64,000 nucleotides of DNA from Octopus vulgaris (GCA_951406725.2 OX597816.1:112654001-112718000), one strand, 5' to 3'; numbered from the stretch's first letter, positions 13,771 through 27,725 are shown. The notes: generated by a model not told the origin, from the sequence alone. Numbers and translations: made by a program.

Positions 13771-13909
13771 TTTTAGTTTGTGTAAACTGTTTTGTTCATA
13801 TTCTTTATTAAGAGAAAATTCTTTACACTTTCAGTTATCAAACCATCCTCCATTCAATATTCATTTGTAACAAAAATGTGTTGAAATCATTGCCAGTAAT
13901 ATAGATGCA

Positions 13910-13980
13910 ATCTCTCTCTCTCTCTCTCTTTCTCTCTTTCTCTCTCGCTCTCTCTTTCTCTCTGTATGTGTGTGTGTGTA
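13910..13980. repeat. (CT)n-(TG)n microsatellite
   Basis: Direct reading. Confidence 0.9.
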
Positions 13981-14364
13981 TGAAATGATTTCAAACCTTG
14001 ATGCTGTATTTGAACTGTTTTCTTTAGTTTGTATGTTGTAATAAACACTTTATTTTCGCATTTGCAATTTTATGCCATGCGTAAATTTTTAAAACTATAC
14101 TTGTAAAAGTATGACAGTGTTAAAGAATTTCCCTGCATCTAAGCACATGAAATTCAGATTCATTCTCACTGTACAGCATCCTTGGTCAGCTAACTCCAGA
14201 TCAGTTAATGCCCTATGGGTGAATTTGGTAGATGGAAACAGTAGTGGCATGTCATAGTGTGTGTACTCAAGAAGACCAGCCCATAACAACAGAATTGAGA
14301 TCCTAAGACCAAGATTCTACATAAATAGCATTGGTGTGAGTACTGGTGGTGTGTCAAAATCACT

Positions 14365-14558
14365 GGTAATGGTGCCATGTAAAAAGCACCCAGTACACTC
14401 TGTGAAATGGTTGGAATTAGGAAGGGCATCCAGCTGTAGAAACCAAGCCAAAACAGATTATGGAACCTAGTGCAGTCCTTGACCTTGCCAGTTCCTGTTA
14501 AGCCATTCAACCCATGCTAGCATGGAAAATGGATGTTAAATTTTGATGATGATGATAA

Positions 14559-14560
<2 letters not shown>
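14365..14560 (+). mobile_element. Family D retro-fragment with (GAT)n tail
   Basis: gtaaaaagcaccc...ttaggaagggcatccagctgtagaaac...acccatgctagcatggaaa...gatgatgat. Confidence 0.85.
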
Positions 14561-14598
<38 letters not shown>

Positions 14599-14602
<4 letters not shown>

Positions 14603-15522
14603 GTTGGACAAAATAATCGAAACAACTTAAAATTTCAAACAAACTTATTTTAATATGGGGTAGGACCACCTTTGGCAGCGGTATGGACTTGTACAAAATT
14701 TGAATTGTTACCAAAGGAATTTTTGTACATTCTTCAGCTAAAACAGTCTCCAGTTATTGTAGTGATGATGGTAGAGGATATCGACTCCTTACTTGTTTTT
14801 CTAAAATGGACCATAAATGTTCAATAATATTGAAATCTGGGGACTGTGGTGGCCAGATATGTTCAACTTCACGAGAATGCTCTTCGTGCCATTCAGTAAC
14901 AACTTTAGCTGTGTGAATTAATGTATTGTCACCCTGAAAGATTGCATTTCCCTCTGGAAACAGTTCTACAACCATAGGATGAATTCAATCAGATAAAATG
15001 CTTAAATAGTCTTGACTATTAATTCTGCCATGAAAGGAAACCCTTGGGGCAGCAGATTTCCAAGATATATCCTGCTCCTGGATAATCACAGATCCTCCTC
15101 CATGTTTAACAGTTGGAAGAAGGCAGTCTAAGTTAAATGCTTCTTTTGACTGTCTCTGCACATATACTTGGCCAGTTGTCAGAAATAAGATAATGGATGA
15201 CTTGTCTGAGAAAATAACATTCTTCCACTGATCTAGGGACCAATTTTGTAGGTTTTTACTCCACTCTAAATGCTTTGCAATGTTTGTTTTTGAAAGTAGT
15301 GGTTTTCTGATAGCAGCTCTCCCATGAAATCCGGATTTGTACAGCTCCTAGTGAACACCTTTTGTGGAAACTGGATTCTTGAGGTGGTCATTAAGCTCTG
15401 CAGTAATTTTGGGACCTGTACTTTTGTAGTTCTTTCTAACAATTTGCGTAAGAATCCAACGGTCCCTATCTGAAAGTTTTGGTTTTCTTCTGGAGTTTTG
15501 TTTCAATGAGGAGGTTTTTCCC
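14599..15522 (-). mobile_element. Tc1-like DNA transposon, 5'-truncated, decayed transposase
   Basis: TIR-like aggggttggacaaaataat next to a TA tract; peptides FQGDN..IH and WPPQSPDFNIIEHLW; HTH region RKPKLSDRDR..L..IVRKN. Confidence 0.92.
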
Positions 15523-15539
15523 TCATGGTGGTGGTGGTG

Positions 15540-15752
15540 GGAAGGAGAGACAAACACAAGCACAAAAGCACACACACGAATACATACATACATATACGGC
15601 AGGCTTCTTTCAGTTTCCATCTATGAAATTCACTCACAAGGCTTCGGTCAGCCCACAAATATAGTAGAAGGCATTTGCCCAAAGTGTCATGCTGAACCTG
15701 GAACCATGTGGTTGGGAAGCAAGCTTCTTACCACACATCCATACCTGCACCT
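15540..15752 (-). mobile_element. SINE family B head, located where the Tc1 element is truncated
   Basis: ggcttctttcagtttcc...gggaagcaagcttcttaccacac. Confidence 0.85.
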
Positions 15753-17340
15753 ATGAGCCTATATATACTCACACACACACACACACACACACGTGTGTGC
15801 AAGAGTATTTCTTTGTCTCACTACTTAACAAGAAGTATCACTTTCTTTAGAGCTTCACAACTTAGCAGTTTGGCACAGAGAGACTGATAGAGTAAGGATC
15901 AAACTCAAAAAAAGAAAAAATACTGGCATCAATATGATTCAGAGGTGGTACCTCTGAAGACATAGTCCAATGATTGAGACTTGTAAAAAGGAAAGGGTAC
16001 CAACAACTTGGAGCCAGTCTTTCTTGTTGTTGCATATTAGTTTATGCTTTTGTTATCATATTCAGTGCACCAAATATTGGCACTTTCATTTCCCATATGT
16101 TGCTTATTTCAGTTTTGATAAGCTTTTCAATCTCCAAGTGTGTGATGTTTTGACATAAGCTTTTGAGATGGTTATCAAATGCTTTCCTCTTTGGTTTTCT
16201 TGTTCTTACTATTCTTATTACAGAAACAGTAAATTACAGTGAAAATTACATTCATGGAAATGTCTCAGTGTTTTGTATATTTTCATTGAATGAAAAAATA
16301 TTCATAGTGTGTTTTATGTATTATCTTATGCATTCAGAATTGAGATTTCACTTCTGAAAAACAAGAAGTGGCTGATTTAGAAATAGCCTGTTTGTATTGT
16401 GAAGTTTTGAACAATCAATAAGGAAACCTCTGAGACTGATTACACCACACACACACGTATACACAAATACACACATGCTTACATATATATATAAAAGATA
16501 TATATCTATATATTGTTATATGATGCTTTTTATTTATTATTATTATAGCTTAGTTTTTCATACCTTTGATACATATGTGTGTGTGTTACATTCACTTATG
16601 GCAGTATTTGTTATCAACCAAAAAGATGAAAAAAAAAAGAAAGAAAAAAAACAGAATAGAAACAGAGGGTTACTTTTAGTACTGGCTCAAGAAATTAGCA
16701 TATATTGCCATTGTTGTTGTAATATTCATAGTCAATGCTCTGCTACTTTGGCAAATTCTCAGAAAAATGTGTCTTCAATACATTTTTTTTATTATTTTTT
16801 TTCTTGTTTTTTGTTTTTGTATATCTCAGAACTAGTTTGTTTTGATTCTTGTCTGGAAGTGTTTCATTTACTTTGATTAAGTCATGAACTTTCTATTTCA
16901 ATTCATAGTTCTTTTTATTACAATTCAAAGACTTTGGTCAAATCAAGAATTTGTTATTCAGCTGATTCTGTTTATTTGCATAATGGGCAATTGTATAATT
17001 TGGTTAATTGCATAAGTTTTCAAAACACCAAACTGCTCAGCATCTCACTTATATAAACTTTGCATCAATTTCATTCAGTTGCATAAGAAATTTTGAGTAA
17101 AATAATCAAAAAAAGGTAGCATAAAATGGAACATTCATTTGGCTCGGTATGAAGATAGATATTCTGGAAGTTTCTTTTTTGTTAATTATGAAGTTAGAAT
17201 AATCACAATCAGTATTCCATGTTTACATACAACTGCTATCAAAAGAATGGAGTATATTCAAGTTATTCCTGCCATTTAAATGAGTTAAAAACATTTAAAT
17301 TTCAGATTCCAGTATATTTTTATCTTATTTTTAATTGTGT

Positions 17341-17714
17341 TACTCTTTTACTTGTTTCAGTCATTTGACTGTGGCTATGCAGGAGCACTGCCTTTAGTCG
17401 AGCAATTCAACCCCAGGGCTTATTCTTTGCAAGCCTACTACTTATTCTATCGGTCTGTTTTGCTGAACGGCTAAGTTACGTAAACACACCAGCATCGGTT
17501 GTCAAGTGATGTTGGGGGAGTATACAAGCACATACACACACACACACACACACACATATATATGATGGGCTTCTTTCAGTTTCCGTCTACAAGGCTTTGG
17601 TCAGCCCAAGGCTATATTAGAAGACACTTGCCCAAGATGCCACACAGTGGGACTGAACCTGGAATCATGTGTTTGGTAAGCGAGCTACTTACCACACAGC
17701 CACTCCTACACCTA
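17341..17714 (-). mobile_element. SINE family B, near full length
   Basis: Reverse complement of 28102-28500, including the internal (CA)n linker. Confidence 0.9.
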
Positions 17715-18064
17715 TAATGTTGTAAAATTCTTAAGCATATAACTCTTCATTGTAGTTTTTAAGAAGAGTTTTGAATCAAGTTGTGAATGGATATTATTTT
17801 GTTGTTTTGGTTATAGAATAAACACCTTAGAAATTGTGACTGACCTGGTTAAATTTTTCTTAAGCTACTTGACCCTAGTAATTATTATTGTCGATATATA
17901 TGAGTCTGATTAAGCTTGGGTAAATTGAAGAATATCAAAGGGAAATAGAAAACTTCCTAGTTAGATCAAACATTTGTCATGCTGATACATGTCGATTGAG
18001 GGGAACAATTAAATTATATGTACACTAAACATGTAGTAAGTTTAGAAAAAATGTTTTATCTTTG

Positions 18065-18315
18065 AGGACAGAATCTCAATGAGCAAACGGAAAACCTTGG
18101 TGAGCAAACAACTCAAACAGCTTGAGGAAGAAAACATCCTGGCCCTCAAAGCAAAACACCAAAAACAAACCCCTATAGCCCTGCAACATGCCTTTGCTTG
18201 CAGATATTGCAGCAGAACTTGCTCATCAAACATAAGAAGGATCAGCCATGAGAGAAGCTGCTGGAAGAATATGTGTACTTAAGACATTTTCTGCTGCGTA
18301 GACTATCTGTCAAGA
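18065..18315 (+). mobile_element. RTE-clade LINE extreme 3' end with C2H2-like motif
   Basis: ORF ends FACRYCSRTCSSNIRRISHERSC, typical of the F.C..C.R.C.S.IG..SH.R.C terminus of RTE ORFs. Confidence 0.7.
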
Positions 18316-18669
18316 ACCAAATATTATATATATTCTATACATATTTAACACAGTCACAATAACTTGCTATTAACACATGTAATTTATTTTCTGCAATGGG
18401 AATATTGTTAATTGCATATTTCATTTAATTATTCAAGAATTTCAATCCTTGAGGCTATGCAATTAAGCAGAACTGATTGTGTGCATGTATGTGTGTGTCT
18501 GTACGTGTGTAATATTGTTTCATACATAGTTGTACATCTCATGTTTTTTACTCATAAATTTGTTAATCTCAATTTCTTTCTTTCTTTGTTAGAATGTAAC
18601 AATTTGAAAGATTTATGAAAAGTGTGATAAGAGTGTTTGCCATTTCGTATTCAATTTTTACTCATTTAC

Positions 18670-18830
18670 ATTGTTTGACCTCAGGTTCATCCTCATCAAG
18701 TAGACCAACTATTAAAAGCATTCTGGCAAAAATTGTCCCTTTTTTTGCCTTTTATTGTATCTTTCTTGATAGGGTGTGATTTGAAGGAGATTTGGCTTCT
18801 ATTTCTTGAAGATCAGGTGACTGCATGAAA
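18670..18830 (-). mobile_element. Repeat family F copy
   Basis: agggtgtgatttgaaggagatttggcttctatttct. Confidence 0.6.
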
Positions 18831-19754
18831 GATAGCTGAATGGTCTTGGCTCCTGTTTATTTCTAAAGGTTCATGCATTGGCACAAACCAACTTCTTAGA
18901 AAATGTTGCTAATCCTTACCATGAATGCAGCATTGTCTATGAATCAAATATTTCTTCAATGTTGTATTTAACTTCTTTCTTTATGGTAAATTGATGACAG
19001 AATAGTGAGTCTTAATCTCTGAGGGGGAAAAAAAAAACTATTGTAAACATTTTTTTTTTTAAGCCATTCACAAAATACTGCTGATGGTTTTGTTCCCGGA
19101 CTACTGTAAGCTGAAGAAAGATTCATTTGATATTTTCATATTTAATCTTCAACACTTTCTTGAATGCTAATAGGTCCTTAGTTCGAAAATGCAATACAAT
19201 TTCTGAATATCAAGTAGATTTCCTTTTTCAGATTTTGTTTTATCAGAGTATTTAAAAATGTCAGCACTTGTACATTTTATTACTTTATTACTCACGTACA
19301 TAAAATATTGTTGCCACCAGCACATGACTAGCACAACACGAACAATCTATTTTTATGTAAGATCAACAATTTATGTATATGAATATGTTTGATCATCAAT
19401 AACTGTGTGTGTGAGTGTGACTATTTTTGATGCTAGTGAAAGAGAGGAGGTGGGGGCATTAGTATGCATTTATATTTCTATTCAAACATAATATTTATGA
19501 AACAATGTAAGCAAGCACGTAAATATTTCAGAATGTTAGTGTTATATAAGGTTTCGTTCTTTTTCTTATGAAGGTTGAATCTCCATTTGTTAATTAGACA
19601 TAGTTATACATTTCTGGTCTCTCTTTCTCTTTCTCTCTCTTTCTCTCATAAGCACACACACACACACTTTTCCCACCATATCAACAATATGTGGGTGCAC
19701 ATTAATGCATACAAATTTGTGTATGTGTGTGTATTTAGAAGGTTTTGCAGTTAT

Positions 19755-19915
19755 TTTGTTTTGTCCCAGGTCATCTTTGATTGAGTACACCTATGATCAA
19801 TGTTGTTCCAGCTGGCTATTTTACCATTGTTTTTAAGACAGTAGGGTATGATTTAAGGGGGGAATTTGGTTACTATTCCTAGCAGGTAAAGCAACCATAG
19901 AGGCCCTATCATTAG
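19755..19915 (-). mobile_element. Repeat family F copy
   Basis: cccaggtcatctttgattgag...cctatgatcaa...atttggttactattcctagcagg. Confidence 0.6.
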
Positions 19916-21194
19916 GTGGATGCTAATGAGAGAGTGCTAAGCCAGATGTTTTAACCATTGGTATCAACCATTCTACTTTTGATGGTTTTTGTATTTGAGG
20001 ATGAATTATATTAGGCAGATTAAGCTGTTCTATTGGTTTCTTTTCTTCAGGCAATGCTAGTTATTTACATGTCATGAACACACAAGAATCTGGTTCCCTG
20101 AAGGTTGCAGTGATGTACATTCCCTGATGCCCAATCAAGATTATGCATTTTCATGAGGTAGTGGGGGTGGATTCTGTCAATATTACTTGTAGAACATTCA
20201 AGTGGCTGTTAGAAATTATGCTGAATTAAATTATTTTATTATTTCTGTTGCTAATTTGTTAAGGCTCAGGAAATTTGGTGAGAGTAAAATTAATCAAGAA
20301 GGGCAGATAGAACCAAGTTGCATGCATATGTGTTGGTGTGGGTACATGCGTGTGCATGTGTGTGCATGTGGGCACATGTGTGCATGTGTTATAATGATTT
20401 GGAAAATATTTTCTATATTTTTTTATCATCAATCATTCCAGCTGTATCAGAATTAGTTTTCCTGTGATGTGAATGTTATCTCTTCAATCAAAACCTTGAT
20501 ATTCAGTTTATGGACGTTAAAAAGATGAAGATCTCTTTCTCTATTTTCTCTTCCATACTACATTTTAAAAAAATTATACATCCTATAAAATTAAACTTAT
20601 AAGATATACAATTGTTTTGTTGTTTGCTATACAATATTTATAGCAATCTTCTGTTCAGAATTTAGTGACATTAATAGTAAATTTAATCAAAAGCTATGGA
20701 AATTAACTCATGTCTTTTGAATGAATGTTGTTTGGTACTGTATTGTGAAAAGATTATCAGTGCATTTATTGATAATCTGTCTTTTAATATGGTGCCTATT
20801 TAGAAATAATGGTTGTCATTTTCTTTTAGAATATACCTACATTTTGATGTTTAAAAGAAGTCTTTCATTTGAGCTTTACTTTAATATTCAAATACTGTGA
20901 GGCATTAATTGCCACTGCAAATGTCTTCAGAGTAATCTTATTTGTTGACTATGTAAATTATTTTTTCATATATAATTTTACACTTTATTATCTGGTGTAC
21001 ATCACTTACATAACATTCCAGGAATTTGGGTTAAACCCTTGTCGTGATATGTTTATTATCATTGTATTTGCTGATATGTAATGTTTTAATTTCCTGAAAT
21101 TTTTATAGTTCTGTAATACTGTGAGAAGAAAACAGGACATTTCAAAGCTTTTTCTCTAACTTAATATTTAGAATTAAAATCTATCCAACTGTTG

Positions 21195-21470
21195 TAACTG
21201 GCATTCATGTTGGTGGCATGTAAAAAGCACCATTCAAGCATTGGGCTTTATGAAGCAATGTAGCCAATGCCTGTGTCACATAACTGGCACCTGTACCAGT
21301 AGCACTTAAAAAAATCCATTACACTCTTGGAGTAGTTCATGTTAGGAAGGGCATCCAGCCATAGAAACCATGCTAAATCAGACTGGAGTCTGGTGCAGCC
21401 CCTCAGCTCACCAGCCCTGGTCTAACTGTCCAATCCATGCCAGCATAGACAACAGATACTAAATAATGAT
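21195..21470 (+). mobile_element. Family D retro-fragment
   Basis: Duplicated taactggca...aaaaag segment, then ttaggaagggcatccagcc. Confidence 0.8.
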
Positions 21471-22099
21471 GCTGTTGCTGTTTATTTTTAAATGGTTATG
21501 TGGCTGAAGAGTTTGCTTTATAACCATGTGGTTACTAGCTTCATCCCACTGTACTTAGGGCAAGTGTCTTCTATTTTAAAGTCTCACTTGTGACTGAAAT
21601 TGTTAAATAGAAATTGTACAGAGGCCTATCATATATATATATGTGTGTGTGTGTGTGTGCCTGGTATCTGTTTCCATATAACTTTGTGTTTCCACTTTGG
21701 ATGACAATTGTGTTATGTTTATGCTTTCCTGTAAATAATGATCCTGTAGTTTATCGATTTCATATGCCTTAATGTGTGAAGATGTGGAATGAAAATACCT
21801 TGCCTGCAAAACAAAATTTAGTGACAAGAATGCTTACAGTACTGTTTCAATAAGTCATGTCCAACAGATGTTGGCATGGATAAAATGGGTATAAAAATGA
21901 TGATTTAGTTATCAAATTTTGTTCATTGCATATTTTTAATGATTTCAGGGACATTGTGTAGTTGTAATGAGCTGATCTATTTTCTCTTCATACATACATG
22001 TGTGTGCATGTATGTGTAAACAAACACATTTATGAATAAATAAGATGAGGTAATAACCTAAAGATGAAGTTGTGACATTACAAAAAATATATCATCATA

Positions 22100-22240
22100 A
22101 TTATTATCATTTAATACCTGTTTTCTATGCTGGCATGGGTTGGATGGTTCAGCAGGATGGTCTCTATGACTGGATGCACTTCTTAATGCCAACTGTTTTA
22201 CAGTGTGTACTGGGTACTTTTTACATGGTACTGGCACTTG
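22100..22240 (-). mobile_element. Family D fragment
   Basis: atgctggcatgggttggatgg...tgggtactttttacatgg. Confidence 0.7.
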
Positions 22241-22961
22241 TGAGATCATCAAATAACACCTAAGTATCATTAAGAAGGTAGCTTTACACCCGGTGATGAG
22301 AGGCTAAAGTACACATACTTACATATATATATATATATATATATAATTAGATGGGTAGATATAGACAGATTTATATATATATAAGTATATAGGGAGATGT
22401 TATAACTCTTGTCGAATATGATTATAACTCTTGTCAAATTCAGCTATGGATAATGTTTTCCAATTATTACTAACAGAAACAATAAACATGTGCACATACA
22501 AAAAAAGGATAAAAATGTATGTGGCTGAAAATCCTCTGCATTTAGATTCTATTAAGCAGCTTCAAGTTACATCAGAATCAACAAGAGAGTACAGCTTGTG
22601 TTAATACATAATTTCTTCAGAATACAAGATCTTCATGAATTATGGAAAAAGAATTCGAGTTGGTACTGTAGTAACTAATATTATTAGAGACTTGTTATAA
22701 TAAACATTTTCTTGTTTGTTTTCTGCTAGAAGAAAAACTATTAACCATGCAGTGACTGCATCATTTATGTCGTCTGTTTATTTTTAGTTACAAGGAGATG
22801 GTAGAGAATTATTAATGTTACTGTTCTTTTTTTTTTTTATCTGTATTAAGACAAAACAATTGTTCAAAACATGTAATGTTCCTTCGTTTTTTTTTTGTTT
22901 TTTGGGTTTTTTTTTTCTGAGATGCAAAAAACACTTAGTAACTGTAAAATAATTAATCTAA

Positions 22962-23355
22962 TCTCTCTATATATATAAAGCTGAAGTTGTCTGTGTATGG
23001 CAGGTTTGGTAGCCTTCAACTAACACTATCTCCTCCGAGACCCTGCAGCGCAAGTTGACCAAAATTGAGAGTATGATAGAAGAAGGCTTGCTTTTCCTTC
23101 CGTAGAAGAAAAAATTCAAATCGGAACATGTTAACACCAAAAATTATTTACATCAAAAAGGTGCTTTTTTTAATGAAAATCCCTATTTTTTACGATTTTT
23201 TGACAGCAGTGTCGCCATTATTTTGGTGTATTTCAACCAGAAAAATGTTCATTTAAAGAGAATAACAAGCTACATAATGCAAAATTTTTACTTTTCAAAA
23301 ATTCCAATTCTAAAGGGTTGAAACAAACCCGAGCAACGCCAGGTGATACTGCTAG
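22962..23355 (+). mobile_element. Non-autonomous Helitron (394 bp)
   Basis: Starts a|TCTCTCTATATATATAAAG and ends CTAG|t; subterminal GC hairpin ccgagcaacgccagg; inserted between A and T with no TSD. Confidence 0.88.
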
Positions 23356-24814
23356 TTATAGAAATATCTATCTCAGTAGGCATTTGTGCTCATGTACTTC
23401 ATTTTAGGAGAATAGAAATTTATTTGACCCATTTGTAGTATGAATAAGAAGACACAATCTAATGAAAAAGTATATAATTGATGATGTTAATTGTAGTGGT
23501 AAATTTTTAATTTATTTAGTTATCAAATAACTAACCCCTTTGATATAGATTTTATCTATTTTTAGTTAGTTAATCACAAGGAGGAGAGATAGTCCCCTAT
23601 AAGCCTTCACAAGTTGGTGAGATTACTCTGCTTAATGTTCTGTGTGAACTACAGAGCTGCAGATCTTGTGAAGAATAGTTGATGCTCCAGAAAAACTGTA
23701 AGGAGTGATGTAGAAATCTGTGATTATTAACCATAGAATGTATTACAAGTTTGGAGTCATTAATTGTCTCTTGTTCAAGCTTAATAACTGTGTAAAACAA
23801 GACTGTTTATTTGATATGCATAATAATTTTGTATTTATGCTTTTGAAGATGTCATTTCTCCGTTAGGATACAGTTTTCAGAACTCTTAATATGGCAGTTG
23901 TGCATTAATCTTTAAATACTATAAAGCCTCATGGTTTTATTTCATTTATCCTCCTATTCTTCTTTCAGACTGTTTTATTCATATTCAAACACTTAGGTTC
24001 CTTTTGTAAACCTTCTATTTATCAATTATGTTTCTTTTCATTTGTTTCCATAGGTGGAGATCATTGTTATAAAGTTATGCATAACTCATTAGAGAAAGGA
24101 GTAAGAATATGACTGCTCTAATATTGATATTAATAGAGCATGACTAGTAATAATTGATGTATTGGATGTGAGACAGTGTTCTGCACATTCTAAGAATCAA
24201 TCTTGTTTCATTTCATCAGAAGGAAAGCATAGCACATATTCATAATAATTTGAAGAATTACAGCTTATTAATTTGTTTTTTGATATAGATTTTAAATTTT
24301 TATCTATCAAAATCAATGTCATAAAATAACAAAGGTTACTAAAAGTTTAAAAGAAAGTAAATGTGAGACTGATTCCTGGAACTGTTTTATTTTTTACTGT
24401 CAGTTTCAATTCTCTCTGATGTTAATTACCTTTGATTTAACTTGCATACGTCTGTGACAAAGGCAGGAACAAACTCAACAACTTTGTATTCCCTCTTCAA
24501 TATAAATCTCAAGATCTCTTCTCTGTGTGATGTAGAACAGTCTGCTTAACTTTCCCACTTATAAATGTCTAAATGTCTTAGATGAGTTGTTAACGAATGC
24601 TATAATTTCTTACAAAATTAATCCTATCTATAGATATTGAAATTTTTCTATTTTTATATTAACATCTGTGCTGTGTTTCATTTACTTTAACATCCAGTCA
24701 TCACTGAATATTCTGGGTACTATTTACATAGTATCCCACTTGATTTAAACTTTAGCACTATATACATATCTTGACGTAATTCATCAGATTAGACTCAAAA
24801 TAATCCAGACACAG

Positions 24815-25075
24815 TCATCATCATCATTTAACATCCCCTTTTCCATGCTTGAGTGGGTTAGATGGAGTTTATTTGAGGCAGATTTTCTACAGCTGGATGT
24901 TTTTCCTGTCACCAACCCTCATCTGCTTCCAAGGAAGGTAAATATTCCTCGATAGCCAGATATGTTCTCATAGTGTATTGGAAATGAATGACACCTCTTG
25001 TATGATAGTGACACGCCACATTTACAACTATCACAGAATGTCAAGACAAGGTAGCAAACACACACACACACACAC
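24815..25075 (-). mobile_element. D-tailed repeat variant
   Basis: (cat)n-tttaacatcc..ttccatgc...ttctacagctggatg followed by a different body; similar relics near 33680 and 51050. Confidence 0.55.
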
Positions 25076-25505
25076 ATTCTGTTGTGGAAATCAGCTGCCT
25101 GCTGGCCACAAGTGTGGAGAGAAAAATTCAAGAGAAAGGAAACATCTACGGACTATTGATAAGGGGTTTGCAAATTCAGTACCCCAAATACACTTTCAGC
25201 TTCATACTTTTTATTATTGGAGCAACAGGATACACACCATCTAGTGTGGAGCAGAGTATGGCTGAACTTGAGATCTTGGAAGAGAATGCAGTTCCTTAAT
25301 TCATACACTACAAACGATCATGATAGTTGAGACTACAAAAATCTGCAAAGCTTCTAAAAAGTTAAAGGATGATGGGTAAAAGAAGATATTTTCCTTCATA
25401 ACCTTGCTACCAAGTAGATGTCCAGCCAAAAATTTACTCTAAAATTAAAAAGAGAAAGAGAAAATGCTTGCATGTATTCATACATATATTCATTCATTTA
25501 AAATA

Positions 25506-25647
25506 GATTCAGCTTCATGCAACTTAAGGTTTTCTAGGTTTCTTACAAAAACCTATTGCCTCAGGCTTGGTTAACTGCTTAACTGAGTTCAATGAGCTAG
25601 GTTTCTGTAAGAAGCCTATGAAACTTTAAGTTGCATGGAGCTAAATC
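25506..25647. repeat. Long inverted repeat: 50-bp arms, 42-bp spacer
   Basis: Arm 25506-25555 vs reverse complement of 25598-25647: 43/50 identical by manual alignment. Confidence 0.92.
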
Positions 25648-25719
25648 AAACTGATTTAAATAATCGCAAGAGTATTAAAAATGAACCCGACCACTCTCAA
25701 AACTTAAGTAAACATAATA

Positions 25720-26140
25720 GAAAAATAATCCAGAATCCTTGTCAGGTACCTGATTGATCCCAGTGGTAGTTATGGAATGTGATGGTGGCTGTAGAAAATT
25801 TAGTAACAGTAATAAATAGTTTATCCTTATCCAATACAAGTCAAAGTTAACAAATTCACCATTCAAAATAGTTACAACCTAAAGGGAGATAATTGAGAAA
25901 GACTAGAAAGTTAACGTAAGGATATAATCATGTAAAGTAAATATAACAATTCCGAATCCTTGTCCAGTATCAGATTGATCCCAAAATCTAATCAGTTTGT
26001 GCCAGTCACAAGGCCAAGCATCCCTGTAAGTTTCTTCTGAATCAATCCAGTGGTTCTTGAGGTATCTTATCCACAGCCAAACAAACAAACAAATGCAACT
26101 GAAAACAATACTCCCATCTTAGCAAAGGCTGAGGCAATAA
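25720..26140 (-). mobile_element. Probable Helentron-associated non-autonomous element (HINE/DINE-1-like)
   Basis: Minus strand begins ttattgcctcagcctt...(tttg)n; internal repeat of gaatccttgtc..gattgatccc at about 25733 and 25953. Confidence 0.5.
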
Positions 26141-26219
26141 CATATTTAACTCTTACTAGATGTATTGATTGCATCTTTCTTTCTTTCATTTGTCCACTCA
26201 CCCTTGTATATAGACATAC

Positions 26220-27095
<876 letters not shown>

Positions 27096-27725
27096 TTCAA
27101 CATCTTTGGCAGATTTTGTATGGCAACTGGAAGAGGATAAAATGAAGTACAGTATGAATTAGTCCATAGTAAGGTATGCGAAACCATACAATATAATTTC
27201 CAGGAGATGCCGTCTCTGATCTAAGGAATCCTTGTCTATTCTATTCTGTGGACTAACAAGAAGATAATTAATAGAATTTCTGAACAACTCTCAAGATGCC
27301 TACATGCATATAAATGTACTTTTGCACAATGTAGTGAGAATTAATTTTGAGTAACCGTTAACTTAATTTACTTGAAGGTATGGATGACTTAAGTTTACTT
27401 TTAACCTCCCCATTCTTATAAACACCACGTAGATAGATAACTCAGTTTGTGACCATGAGTGCACCAAACCTCATGCTGTGCAGTTTGCCTGAGGGCGTTT
27501 ATACATCCATATCTGTTAATGGTTATTTTTAATACTTTTCTTGCTGGATTGCATGTTCATTTCTCTTTTTGTCATCTGTAATTTTATTTTTGATCTTCTC
27601 TATAAATGAAGATATTTCCCCCATCTACAAAATGGAAAGTTACATTGCCTAACAGTCATTTTAACAAATTGTATTTATTTATCACTCGATAAGATACATC
27701 TGCACCACTAGATGATCCTAACCAG

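Noticed and set aside
18079-18282. C2H2 zinc-finger host gene
   Set aside because: A single motif matching the C-terminus of RTE LINE ORFs, with no finger array or TGEKP linkers
24195-24225. Minus-strand CTGATGA-aat-GAAAC
   Set aside because: Only 3 nt between the boxes; no stem possible
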